Assembly (NCBI GenBank): GCA_032718475.1
Contig: JAUCBJ010001093.1
Span: 31,770 to 95,769 of the forward strand
Origin: Nemertoderma westbladi
Taxonomy: Eukaryota > Animalia > Xenacoelomorpha
Direction of reading: 5' to 3'
DNA: 64,000 nucleotides
Of this stretch, positions 37,995 through 51,570 are shown in pieces (position 1 is the first letter of the stretch; each line of letters starts with the position of its first letter). A program made the position numbers and the translations under genes. The notes below the pieces were generated by a model, which was not told where the DNA came from, made no database searches, and saw only the letters and a list, made by a program, of their open reading frames with translations.

Positions 37995-38967
37995 GATTGG
38001 GGGACGTTAGTGCCCGCGAGACGTTAGTGCCCGCGGGCACTAACGTCTCAGGACTTTAGTGCCCGCGAGTCATTAGTGCCCGGGAACCTTGTCTGCAAGT
38101 GAGACACGAGTCATTAGTGCCCGAGGACCTTGTCTGCAAGTGAGACGTTAGTGCCCGCGAGTCAATAGTGCCCGCACCCCGCACTGAATTTGGAAGTTAA
38201 GTATAAGGCAATCCGTTTTTCTTCTTACTTATACCCCATTCAACCAAAGTCGTCCATTAACATACACTACTTTAATTAATTCCCTAATTTAATTAACTAA
38301 AAGTACTACTTTACTTTTAAATCGTCGATAAAATGTCAGACAGTCGACTGAGTATGTTTCTTGAAATCATTAATTAATTACTAAAATATATTGGTTAGTG
38401 CGATTATACTCCGACGACTATACTTATCCGACGATTATACTGTAGCACTGCACCTTGTTTTTTTTTTATTACACACTGTCTCCAGTAAAGTTCAACAAAT
38501 TAAGTATACTCAATCAAAAGTAGGTTACTTATTAAGAATCAAACGCTGTTGCTTAATCATCATGCCTTGAAAACTTTACCGCAAAACCAAATAATATAAA
38601 TGCTACTATGTCTAACTGGGGTTAATATATTTTTTAATCATAAAAGATCCAAGTTGAAATTAAAATGTTAAATAACGAGATGCGGGAACTAAAGACTGGA
38701 AAATTACCTTAGAAGTTTGAAGAAAGTAACGACTCGTTTGCATCAGCAGGAACTAAAGAAGCGGGAAATGTCTTCCTGACCTTTTGTATTTATTACATAT
38801 ACTAATTACAGAAGTCGCTAGGCGGGCACTAATGTCTCGCGGGCACTAATGTCTCGCGGGCACTAACGTCCCATGGGACATTAGTTCCCGCGATAATGCG
38901 ACTAAGTGACCGCGGCCACTAAAAGTACTGAGACATTAGTGCCCGCGGGCACTAACGTCCCAAGACC
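37995..38967. mobile_element. Non-autonomous DNA transposon (MITE) with arrays of TTAGTGCCCGCG subterminal repeats
   Basis: Inverted ends GGGACGTTAGTGCCCGCG / CGCGGGCACTAACGTCCC, with TTTTATAA duplicated on both sides (37987-37994 and 38968-38975). Confidence 0.78.
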
Positions 38968-39344
38968 TTTTATAAGTAAAAGGTTTACATACATCGATGC
39001 AGTGTATGTGAGGGCATCCATTTCGTATAGAGACCTTATGGGAATAGTTAAAGTGCCAGACTACCAATATGAATTTGGAATTTCACGAGTTCAGTCCAAC
39101 CTGGACGCCAAAGCCAACTTGCTCTAAGCTATGCTAATCGAAAATTATAATATATTTATTATGCAGCTATCCCATGAGTCCTAGCCACTACTGTGTGGAT
39201 ATTATTTTAGTAACATCTACTATGATTTATCCTTGAGTAAACTCTCATCGTCAATGAATAATGACAACTTGTCTCATATCATTGAATATTATAAACATTG
39301 GTATCCTCTCCAAGCAGAGAATAATAATCTTGTGGATTAGTTAC

Positions 39345-39445
39345 CTTTCTCCACAAGGGTTTACAGATGAACAAGCCATATTGAATTGGAAAATTTTCCA
39401 CATCCATTGTCTAACTGGATGGAGGTCCGTCCATACAGTTACCAT
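39345..39445 (-). CDS. Candidate first coding exon of the TRHR-like gene (speculative)
   Basis: ATG at 39445 gives MVTVWTDLHPVRQWMWKIFQFNMACSSVNPCGE+AG|gtaact. The phase-2 donor is compatible with the 10827 acceptor, and there is an upstream tttag acceptor at 39511. No homology support. Confidence 0.25.
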
Positions 39446-40236
39446 CTGGTGCTAGTTACTTCAATAAAAGTCCATTGCTTAGCTGATCCATGAGACAGTT
39501 TTAGAAATACCTAAATTCATAATACCTCCTATATAATTTAATGGTATTGTGGGTGAATGAACGGTAGGTTTCATCTACTTTATTATTTTCGTGGGAGATT
39601 GATTAGCAGCTAAGAATAATGTGAATATAGATGTGAATGAAAGAATCAAGACGAATATTATAATAATTATCTCATGTGTCACTTAGAGGTGCTGAGATAT
39701 AGAAATAGGAAGCGTGCGTGACTCCTAGCTAAAAAATATCCTAAACATACAGAATTCGTATCAATATGTGAAAAATGATAACATTTTACAGCTGTAGCTA
39801 CAACAGAACTGACGTACTGTAAATAAAATAAAGATAGCGTTATCATATGCCAAGGAGTGTAACACATTCGATAAAAGAGGATTTATCAATTTATCATATA
39901 TTATTATTTATTATTATTATCATTAAAAATGTTAAATATTTAGTAAGTTTATTCTTGACTAATTTATTGCTAATTGTCTGCGACCTAGTATGTCACATTT
40001 TAAGTAATCCATATCATTCACAATTATCGTTCACTCAATTATTTGTGTATTATTGATTCATGAAGCATGACTGGTTTGATTTCACAAAGGTATTTAATTA
40101 TTATTTGCCACTTAACATTTGGAATTCACAACTTGAATATCTAATTCGGCGTGATCAATGCTATCTATTGGTTTGGTTATAATTTCATCCCATTGTAACC
40201 TGCTCCTTTATGTGACCTTAAAGTGACCTAACTTAA

Positions 40237-41661
40237 CCCTATTACCACTGGGGTGTTTTGTTTAGACCATTAGCAGCACTGGCGGGTGGTTGATTCGCCC
40301 CCCCCCCCACCCCCCGCTGTATTTTTGTAATCATCCAATAAAATCCTACGAAAATTGGGTTATAGGTGAAAAAATTATCCAAGAACATTTTCAAATCCAA
40401 GAAAATGAAAATTTCATAAGGTGGATATTATAATTTTCATGAAAAATAGAAGTAGTCCCAGGACAAAATATATATTTTTTTGATATTCTAAAAACTGATA
40501 GTGTGCCATTCCTTGGTTGCATTAGTAGGTTTTTCACTACGCTGAATCGAATGTGATTATATTCCATTTCCGAAAATTGAACTGGATGCTATTTTTCGTG
40601 CACCTAAGAAGTGGGCGTGGCACTTCAAATTTTGAAAACTACGATATTCTGAAAATGCCCCCATCTTTTGATTTCAACGCGTTTTTATAGGTTTTCTGGA
40701 CCGCTGAATCGATTGAAAATATTATCGAAGCCTGAAGACTTAGTGGATCGTCCTTTTTGGAATACCAAAATTAGGGTGTGGCACTTCAAATATTGAAAAA
40801 TACGAGATTCGGAAAATAAAGCAAAGTTGAGATTTCAAAGCACATTTAGAGATTTTCTGGACCGCTGAATCAATTGAAAGTATTATAGAAGCATCAAGAC
40901 TTAGTGGTTCGGCATTTTTGGTGCACCAAAATTAGGGAGTGGCACTTATTCAAATTTTGAAAGTACCACGCCCTAATTGTGGTGTACCAATATTGACGTA
41001 CCAGTAAGACTTGAGGCTTCAATATTACTTTCAATCGATTCGCGGTCCAGATAACCTATAAAAATGGGTTGAAATGAAAACCTTGTGGTATTTTCTGAAT
41101 ATCGTAATTTTTAAAATTTGAAGTGCCACGCCCTAATTATAGTGTATAGTAATTTTGGTGCACCAAAAATGATGCACCACTAAGAATTAAGACATCTATA
41201 TTACTTTCAATCGATTAAGCGGGCCAGAAAACCCATAAAAATGCGTTGAAATCAAAACTTCGGAAACGAATATTGCAATTTTGAAAATTTGAAGTGCCAC
41301 GCCCTCATTATAGTGCACCAAAAATGACGTACCACTTCCCTTACATACTTATATAGAGTAGTAGAGAGCTCCATACGAATCAGAATCAATAAAAAAAGCC
41401 CCTATTTAAAGAATTACTAACTCACAAATGACCTTGTAAAATTCGAAAATTTAAAAAAAAATGTCTGCTGGGGACCAAATTTTGAGGTGGCACCCACATC
41501 GAAAAGTTGAAATCTAATTGCAACGCCGTTTTTTGCAAAATATGCGCAATTAAATTTAACTAATTCTCGTAAAAAATTGGGCTGGTTCATAATGTGGTTG
41601 CATAGATACAGCAATTAAAAACTAGGAAGGGGCCGATTCGGCCCCCCCAGTGGTAATAGGG
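40237..41661. mobile_element. Non-autonomous piggyBac-type element
   Basis: TTAA TSDs (40233-40236 and 41662-41665) and a 17-bp TIR CCCTATTACCACTGGGG. Internal ~175-bp repeats run forward, then inverted. Confidence 0.88.
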
Positions 41662-42024
41662 TTAATATCAGGTTTCATCATATATCATTAATTTATAGAC
41701 TATGTACAATATATCAATTTATTTATAAGCCCCTCCCATCCATATCTTATTATAGTAGCACAGAATGTTTACATGTGTTTCTATGGTACCTATGGTACAA
41801 AATACAAATTCTGACTGGATAATTAGAGGACTGATGGTATGCTATGATACTTCATGAATCGATGACCCATACCCGTAATAAGCTGGATTCTATTGTCAAA
41901 TTGAATCCACTGTATATTCAAATGTTAACAATAAATATCAAATGAAATCGATCAAGTCAAAGAAGCCGCCTCTTTACCGAGGGTGCCTTCCATTATTCGT
42001 TGGCCATAATTAATATATCAGCAG

Positions 42025-45000
42025 CCGGAGGCCCTGCCTCATCCGTTCCCCCAATCCCACAATATATCCGGAGGCACTGCCTCATCCGTTCCCCCAATCC
42101 CACAATATATCCGGAGGCACTGCCTCATCCGTTCCCCCAATCCCACAATATATCCGGAGGCACTGCCTCATCCGTTCCCCCAATCCCACAATATATCCAG
42201 AGGCAATGCCTCATCCGTTCCCCCAATCCCACAATATATCCGGAGGCACTGCCTCATCCGTTCCCCCAATCCCACAATATATCCGGAGGCACTGCCTCAT
42301 CCGTTCCCCCAATCCCACAATATATCCGGAAGCACTGCCTCATACGTTCCCCCAATCCCACAATATATCCGGAAGCACTGCCTCATACGTTCCCCCAATC
42401 CCACAATATATCCGGAGGCACTGCCTCATCCGTTCCCCCAATCCCACAATATATCCGGAAGCACTGCCTCATACGTTCCCCCAATCCCACAATATATCCG
42501 GAGGCACTGCATCATCCGTTCCCCCAATCCCAAAATATATCCGGAGGCACTGCCTCATCCGTTCCCCCAATCCCACAATATATCCGGAAGCACTGCCTCA
42601 TCCGTTCCCCCAATCCCACAATATATCCGGAGGCACAGCCTCATCCGTTCCCCCAATCCCACAATATATCCGGAGGCACTGCCTCATCCGTTCCCCCAAT
42701 CCCAAAATATATCCGGAGGCACTGCCTCATCCGTTCCCCCAATCCCACAATATATCCGGAAGCACTGCCTCATCCGTTCCCCCAATCCCACAATATATCC
42801 GGAGGCACTGCCTCATCCGTTCCCCCAATCCCACAATATATCCGGAAGCACTGCCTCATCCGTTCCCCCAATCCCACAATATATCCGGAGGCACTGCCTC
42901 ATCCGTTCCCCCAATCCCACAATATATCCGGAAGCACTGCCTCATCCGTTCCCCCAATCCCACAATATATCCGGAAGCACTGCCTCATCCGTTCCCCCAA
43001 TCCCACAATATATCCGGAGGCACTGCCTCATCCGTTCCCCCAATCCCACAATATATCCGGAGTCACAGCCTCATCCGTTCCCCCAATCCCACAATATATC
43101 CAGAGGCACTGCCTCATCCGTTCCCCCAATCCCACAATATATCCGGAGGCACTGCCTCATCCGTTCCCCCAATCCCACAATATATCCGGAAGCACTGCCT
43201 CATCCGTTCCCCCAATCCCACAATATATCCGGAGGCACTGCCTCATCCGTTCCCCCAATCCCACAATATATCCGGAGGCACTGCCTCATCCGTTCCCCCA
43301 ATCCCACAATATATCCGGAGTCACAGCCTCATCCGTTCCCCCAATCCCACAATATATCCGGAGGCACTGCCTCATCCGTTCCCCCAATCCCACAATATAT
43401 CCGGAAGCACTGCCTCATCCGTTCCCCCAATCCCACAATATATCCGGAGGCACTGCCTCATCCGTTCCCCCAATCCCACAATATATCCGGAAGCACTGCC
43501 TCATCCGTTCCCCCAATCCCACAATATATCCGGAGGCACTGCCTCATCCGTTCCCCCAATCCCACAATATATCCGGAAGCACTGCCTCATACGTTCCCCC
43601 AATCCCAAAATATATCCGGAGGCACTGCCTCATCCGTTCCCCCAATCCCACAATATATCCGGAAGCACTGCCTCATCCGTTCCCCCAATCCCACAATATA
43701 TCCGGAGGCACTGCCTCATCCGTTCCCCCAATCCCACAATATATCCGGAAGCACTGCCTCATCCGTTCCCCCAATCCCACAATATATCCGGAGGCACTGC
43801 CTCATCCGTTCCCCCAATCCCACAATATATCCGGAAGCACTGCCTCATCCGTTCCCCCAATCCCACAATATATCCGGAAGCACTGCCTCATCCGTTCCCC
43901 CAATCCCACAATATATCCGGAGGCACTGCCTCATCCGTTCCCCCAATCCCACAATATATCCGGAGTCACAGCCTCATCCGTTCCCCCAATCCCACAATAT
44001 ATCCAGAGGCACTGCCTCATCCGTTCCCCCAATCCCACAATATATCCGGAGGCACTGCCTCATCCGTTCCCCCAATCCCACAATATATCCGGAAGCACTG
44101 CCTCATCCGTTCCCCCAATCCCACAATATATCCGGAGGCACTGCCTCATCCGTTCCCCCAATCCCACAATATATCCGGAGGCACTGCCTCATCCGTTCCC
44201 CCAATCCCACAATATATCCGGAGTCACAGCCTCATCCGTTCCCCCAATCCCACAATATATCCGGAGGCACTGCCTCATCCGTTCCCCCAATCCCACAATA
44301 TATCCGGAAGCACTGCCTCATCCGTTCCCCCAATCCCACAATATATCCGGAGGCACTGCCTCATCCGTTCCCCCAATCCCACAATATATCCGGAAGCACT
44401 GCCTCATCCGTTCCCCCAATCCCACAATATATCCGGAGGCACTGCCTCATCCGTTCCCCCAATCCCACAATATATCCGGAAGCACTGCCTCATACGTTCC
44501 CCCAATCCCACAATATATCCGGAGGCACTGCCTCATCCGTTCCCCCAATCCCACAATATATCCGGAGGCACTGCCTCATCCGTTCCCCCAATCCCACAAT
44601 ATATCCGGAAGCACTGCCTCATACGTTCCCCCAATCCCACAATATATCCGGAGGCACTGCCTCATCCGTTCCCCCAATCCCACAATATATCCGGAGGCAC
44701 AGCCTCATCCGTTCCCCCAATCCCACAATATATCCGGAGGCACTGCCTCATCCGTTTCCCCAATCCCACAATATATCCGGAGGCACTGCCTCATCCGTTC
44801 CCCCAATCCCACAATATATCCGGAGGCACTGCCTCATCCGTTCCCCCAATCCCACAATATATCCGGAGGCACTGCCTCATCCGTTCCCCCAATCCCACAA
44901 TATATCCGGAAGCACTGCCTCATACGTTCCCCCAATCCCACAATATATCCGGAGGCACTGCCTCATCCGTTCCCCCAATCCCACAATATATCCGGAGGCA

Positions 45001-47520
45001 CAGCCTCATCCGTTCCCCCAATCCCACAATATATCCGGAGGCACTGCCTCATCCGTTTCCCCAATCCCACAATATATCCGGAGGCACTGCCTCATCCGTT
45101 CCCCCAATCCCACAATATATCCGGAAGCACTGCCTCATCCGTTCCCCCAATCCCACAATATATCCGGAGGCACCGCCTCATCCGTTTCCCCAATCCCACA
45201 ATATATCCGGAGGCACTGCCTCATCCGTTCCCCCAATCCCACAATATATCCGGAGGCACTGCCTCATCCGTTCCCCCAATCCCACAATATATCCGGAGGC
45301 ACAGCCTCATCCGTTCCCCCAATCCCACAATATATCCGGAGGCACTGCCTCATCCGTTCCCCCAATCCCACAATATATCCGGAGGCACTGCCTCATCCGT
45401 TCCCCCAATCCCACAATATATCCGGAGTCACAGCCTCATCCGTTCCCCCAATCCCACAATATATCCGGAGGCACTGCCTCATCCGTTCCCCCAATCCCAC
45501 AATATATCCGGAAGCACTGCCTCATCCGTTCCCCCAATCCCACAATATATCCGGAGGCACTGCCTCATCCGTTCCCCCAATCCCACAATATATCCGGAAG
45601 CACTGCCTCATCCGTTCCCCCAATCCCACAATATATCCGGAGGCACTGCCTCATCCGTTCCCCCAATCCCACAATATATCCGGAAGCACTGCCTCATACG
45701 TTCCCCCAATCCCACAATATATCCGGAGGCACTGCCTCATCCGTTCCCCCAATCCCACAATATATCCGGAGGCACAGCCTCATCCGTTCCCCCAATCCCA
45801 CAATATATCCGGAGGCACTGCCTCATCCGTTCCCCCAATCCCACAATATATCCGGAGGCACTGCCTCATCCGTTCCCCCAATCCCACAATATATCCGGAA
45901 GCACTGCCTCATACGTTCCCCCAATCCCACAATATATCCGGAGGCACTGCATCATCCGTTCCCCCAATCCCAAAATATATCCGGAGGCACTGCCTCATCC
46001 GTTCCCCCAATCCCACAATATATCCGGAAGCACTGCCTCATCCGTTCCCCCAATCCCACAATATATCCGGAGGCACAGCCTCATCCGTTCCCCCAATCCC
46101 ACAATATATCCGGAAGCACTGCCTCATACGTTCCCCCAATCCCACAATATATCCGGAGGCACAGCCTCATCCGTTCCCCCAATCCCACAATATATCCGGA
46201 GGCACAGCCTCATCCGTTCCCCCAATCCCACAATATATCCGGAGGCACTGCCTCATACGTTCCCCCAATCCCACAATATATCCAGAGGCACTGCCTCATC
46301 CGTTCCCCCAATCCCACAATATATCCGGAAGCACTTCCTCATCCGTTCCCCCAATCCCACAATATATCCGGAGGCAATGCCTCATCCGTTCCCCCAATCC
46401 CACAATATATCCGGAGGCACAGCCTCATCCGTTCCCCCAATCCCACAATATATCCGGAGGCACTGCCTCATCCGTTCCCCTAATCCCACAATATATCCGG
46501 AGGCACAGCCTCATCCGTTCCCCCAATCCCACAATATATCCGGAGGCACTGCCTCATCCGTTCCCCCAATCCCACAATATATCCGGAAGCACTTCCTCAT
46601 CCGTTCCCCCAATCCCACAATATATCCGGAGGCAATGCCTCATCCGTTCCCCCAATCCCACAATATATCCGGAGGCACAGCCTCATCCGTTCCCCCAATC
46701 CCACAATATATCCGGAGGCACTGCCTCATACGTTCCCCCAATCCCACAATATATCCAGAGGCACAGCCTCATCCGTTCCCCCAATCCCACAATATATCCG
46801 GAGGCACAGCCTCATCCGTTCCCCCAATCCCACAATATATCCGGAGGCACTGCCTCATCCGTTCCCCCAATCCCACAATATATCCGGAGTCACAGCCTCA
46901 TCCGTTCCCCCAATCCCACAATATATCCGGAGGCACTGCCTCATCCGTTCCCCCAATCCCACAATATATCCGGAGTCACAGCCTCATCCGTTCCCCCAAT
47001 CCCACAATATATCCGGAGGCACTGCCTCATCCGTTCCCCCAATCCCACAATATATCCGGAGGCACTGCCTCATCCGTTCCCCCAATCCCACAATATATCC
47101 AGAGGCAATGCCTCATCCGTTCCCCCAATCCCACAATATATCCGGAGCCACTGCCTCATCCGTTCCCCCAATCCCACAATATATCCGGAGGCACTGCCTC
47201 ATCCGTTCCCCCAATCCCACAATATATCTAGAGGCAATGCCTCATCCGTTCCCCCAATCCCACAATATATCCGGAGGCACTGCCTCATCCGTTCCCCCAA
47301 TCCCACAATATATCCGGAGTCACAGCCTCATCCGTTCCCCCAATCCCACAATATATCCGGAGGCACTGCCTCATCCGTTCCCCCAATCCCACAATATATC
47401 AGGAGGCACTGCCTCATCCGTTCCCCCAATCCCACAATATATCCGGAAGCACTGCCTCATCCGTTCCCCCAATCCCACAATATATCAGGAGGCACTGCCT
47501 CATCCATTCCCCCAATCCCA
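42025..47520. repeat. Satellite array, 43-bp unit CCGGAGGCACTGCCTCATCCGTTCCCCCAATCCCACAATATAT, about 128 copies
   Basis: Directly visible. The 43-aa periodic ORFs equal three units. Confidence 0.97.
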
Positions 47521-48140
47521 TCATTAAATCATTGACAACTGGGTCGGTTTCCTACACTGTGACGGATGTTATTGTCTTCCTGATTGCGCTAGTAATCGAC
47601 GGTAGTTTCGAGGTCCGTTTTTTACTACTTTTCATGTTTTTTACTACTTTTAATGTTTTTTACAACTTTTAATGTTTTTTACTACTTTTAATGTTTTTTA
47701 CTACTTTTAATGTTTTTTACTACTTTAAATAATAACATAATAAAACCTTTAAATAATGACGATTTAGTACATTTTATTGACTTTAGCATTCCGTTCTTTC
47801 AACATTTTCTAAATAATGATTATTGTAAAGAAACACTACAAATTCCTATGTAAGGATTGGTTTTGATAGGGTCAGGGTGGGGGTTAGTTCGGGTGTTATA
47901 TTTATGGTTCGATTTCACAACGGCTAAATTGAGATTTCCAAGAAATAAAACAAACACAAATTAACTCAACCCAATACCCCAACAGCTCTATAACATAACC
48001 ACGACATATCAATATAACCAAAGCTTAACCCAAACCCAAACCAACAAGACGTAATTAAAGGTATTTATTTATATGAGAGCAAAACGTGTCATTCACTGAG
48101 TGGATATTGTTATAAAAAATATTTGTTTAAATATTTGTAC

Positions 48141-48499
48141 TAGTGTTTAAACGGGATCAGACTTTTCGGGATTTCCGGGATCGGGACCGGGATTATCACT
48201 CTCGTGATCCCGATTCTCGGGATCCCGATAATTTTAGATTAAATTCCTTCGTTAATAGTATATGTGGCTGTTTTTAGGTAACTTCTGAAATATTAGTAAG
48301 ATAAAGTTATATTAAAATTATTTTGCAATTGATTACTGGCTGGTTTACTGAAATAGAAATTCGATATAATCAAAACATTTCCGTTCTGCTGTCGGAACTA
48401 TTTATCAGATATTCAACAAATTTACTTAATTATAATACTTCGGTTTTCGACGGGATCCCGGTTTTTCGGGATGGGGATCGGGATCCCGTTTAAACACTA
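48141..48499. mobile_element. hAT-like MITE
   Basis: TIR TAGTGTTTAAACGGGATC / GATCCCGTTTAAACACTA, 8-bp flanks ATTTGTAC / ATTAGTAC, and repeated CGGGAT subterminal motifs. Confidence 0.8.
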
Positions 48500-51400
48500 A
48501 TTAGTACCCATCGATGGTTTCCACATAAACATCTCGGTATTTTAATTAAACAACACCCGGAGATCGAACAACAACGTGGTGCTCAATTCTAATAACCAAA
48601 ATTAATTGCTTTGTCTTTCCAGCATTATCTTTGATTACCAGTGTCCATCTCATTAACAGCTGCCTCTTGATCAGTTGGACTTCATTACATTCTTCCACGC
48701 TTTGCACATGTTTGGTTTAGAGAGGAATAGCCATACAGAATTACCCACATCAAATACATCCGCAAATCAGACATTATCTTGATACGACATTCCGATTAGC
48801 GCCCACGCTTAAGATATTTACTAATTATATTTAATAAAGCAGTACAGCACATTTATCTACGGTATATTCTTACCAAACTCCTCAATCAAAAGGTATGAAT
48901 TCAATATACTCACACTGAATGAAATTAACAGTTAGCGAAAGCAAAAAGCTACGAAGCTATTTACGATATATAATCACTAAAATTCGAGAAAGGGCTTTCT
49001 AAGAGGAAAAGGCAATTACTGCTGTATAATTGTGCCAGCACTGCTAGGGTAGGAATGGAGCAAACTTCCATTGAACTATTTTACCCGCTTTGCATCCCAT
49101 AATTGCCGCGGTGATGTAGGGTTGGTTGTGGTTGCCACACAATCGATACTACAATAGAGTACATCGCGATTACCTGAAACCGATCTCTGAAGCCATAAAG
49201 GTTAAGGAAATAAATGTTAACTTAACTCTCTTGGAAACACTTTCATAAAAATATTTAATTCCTTCCTAAAATATGCCAAATGATATAGGAAGGCTGTATT
49301 AATATTTATATGTGTATCTTTGGGACTCAATGTTAAATGTTAATATTTGTGACATCATGATGGGTTAACATATTAATATAAAATCAAGATGTTAATTAAA
49401 AAAATGGCCTCTCAAAGCAGTAAGAGAGACCAGAAACCACGATCTTACAGTTGTGTACATTACATCTGGGAATCAAGGAGTCTCACATTCATTCTTAAGA
49501 ATTGAATTGATATCTATTTCCTTTCTGCTGGTTACATATACAAATTTTAACAAATACATATTAACAACATTAACCAATATTTAAAAAAAATGTATAGCGG
49601 GAAACCGACCACAACAGAAGACTAATAGCCAGGCTAGTGCCGTCTTGCTGTGGTGGCTAGAACCATTTTTTCATTTTTTTTTTTCAGAACATTTTTTAAG
49701 TTTGACGTAAAAGACGATTTTTATTTTTATTGCGTATCTCTAGTGGCACAGAATTCCAGATCTAGGGTCCTCGAAAACTCACTGATCTCTGTGAGGAAGT
49801 TAGGTGACATAGTGGTATTGAGAAGTTGCCATTGGAAGCGCTGCGGGTAGGTTACCGAGGGTGGAATTTGGGCTTATGGTTTTCGAATAAATATCGAACA
49901 TGAAGGTGCAAACTGATAGTTCATAGAGTTTGTTAAGTGGTAAAATATTTAATTGTTTGTAAATGGGAATTGATGACGCTCTGTAGTGTGAAAATGTAAT
50001 ACAGCGTAAAAGTTTATTGCTTTTAGTACGTAGGGGTTTCAGTGTGGTGGAATGTGTGCTACCCCATACCAGGATCCCATAATTAACGTAGGGATGGATC
50101 AGTGAAAAGTAGAGGGTTCTGAGTATATGTAGAGGAAATATGTGCCTAAGTTTATAAAAATACCGCTGGATTTAAAAAATTTTTTGAGTACCTGATTTAT
50201 ATGTGTATTCCACTTTAGTTTTGAATCTATCCAAATGCCAAGTAATTTTGTGTTGTCTGTATGTTTGATATCGGTGTTGTTAATTTTAAGTTGTAATCTG
50301 TTGCTATCGGTGGTAGAAGGAAAAGGAAGCTTAGTAAATATGGTGCACTCAGTTTTCTTCAGGTTTAGTAATAGTTTATTGTCACTATAGTTGTAGACTT
50401 AGTAGACTTAGTCGTAGATTTTAGTTAATTCACTGTTTGTACTAGATATTAATGAGTGGATATCACGATATGAGTTGAGTAGAGTTACTAAGTAAGTTTG
50501 TTGCTTTGGGTAAGTCATTAATAAAAATGAGAAATAGTGTGGGAGAGAGGACCGATCCCTGGGGGACACCACAAATGAGAGGTAATAAAGTTGAATTAAT
50601 GCCGTCGATGGAGACAAATTGTTTGCGAGAGTGGAAACTAGAAATAAGTTGAAGGGGTAGGCCTCTGATACCATAGGTCTGAAGCTTATTAATAAGGATT
50701 TAATTTTCTATGGTATCAAATGCCTTTTTAAGGTCAATGTATAAGGCGCATGTTGAATGATGGCAATCGAACATAGAGTTAATTTTTTCCGTAATAGATA
50801 GTAGTGCATGAGAGGTGGTTGTTTTTGGTCTAAAGCCGTATTGGGATTCTGTAATTATGGAGTATTTGTTTAAGTAGGATTGTAATTGTTCATTAATTAA
50901 TTGTTCGAGAATTTTGCTTAGTACTGGTAGTAATGATATAGGACGGTAATTATTCGGGTCTGTAGGATCATCTGATTTGAATAGTGGTATAACTTTAGCA
51001 ATTTTTAATGAATCGGGAAAAAAGCCGTACTTTATTGAAAGGTTGAATAAGTAGCACAGGTGTTGGGAAAGTGGTTTAGCAGCAAGTCGGAGTAGTTTGG
51101 TGGGGAAAGGATCGTTAGAACTACAGTTTAATTTGAGGTTGAGGATTCGGTATTGTAATTCTATTGGAGATGTTTCTGTTAATGTAAAAGAGTTCATTCT
51201 AGTATTTGAAATATGGCGTCTGGGGGATCGGGGTGTGCAAGTCGGTAAGGTACTTTGGAGTTTAGTACCAATGGTTGAAAAGTGTTCGTTGAATATTTCT
51301 GTAATTTGAGTTGGGTCTGATACAATTTGTGTGGAGTTATTCGTTTTTATAATAAGTTTTTTGGGTGATGATTTAGAAGTTGTTTTGTGGAGTACAGTAT

Positions 51401-51570
51401 TAATTATCGACTAAGTTGTGCGGGAATTTGTAATGTTGTTATCAAATTGTTGCGAATAATTTTTTTTTTCGGCAATTTTTAGGGTTTTTGTGAGATGATT
51501 ACGATAGTCGGTAAAACATTTACGGTTGGTTCCAGTTCGGTTTTTTAAATAGTTCCTGTATAATTTGTCC

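Noticed and set aside
42000-47527. 1743-aa, 1425-aa and 139-aa ORFs
   Set aside because: Translations of a 43-bp satellite that is open in all plus frames; no unique coding sequence.
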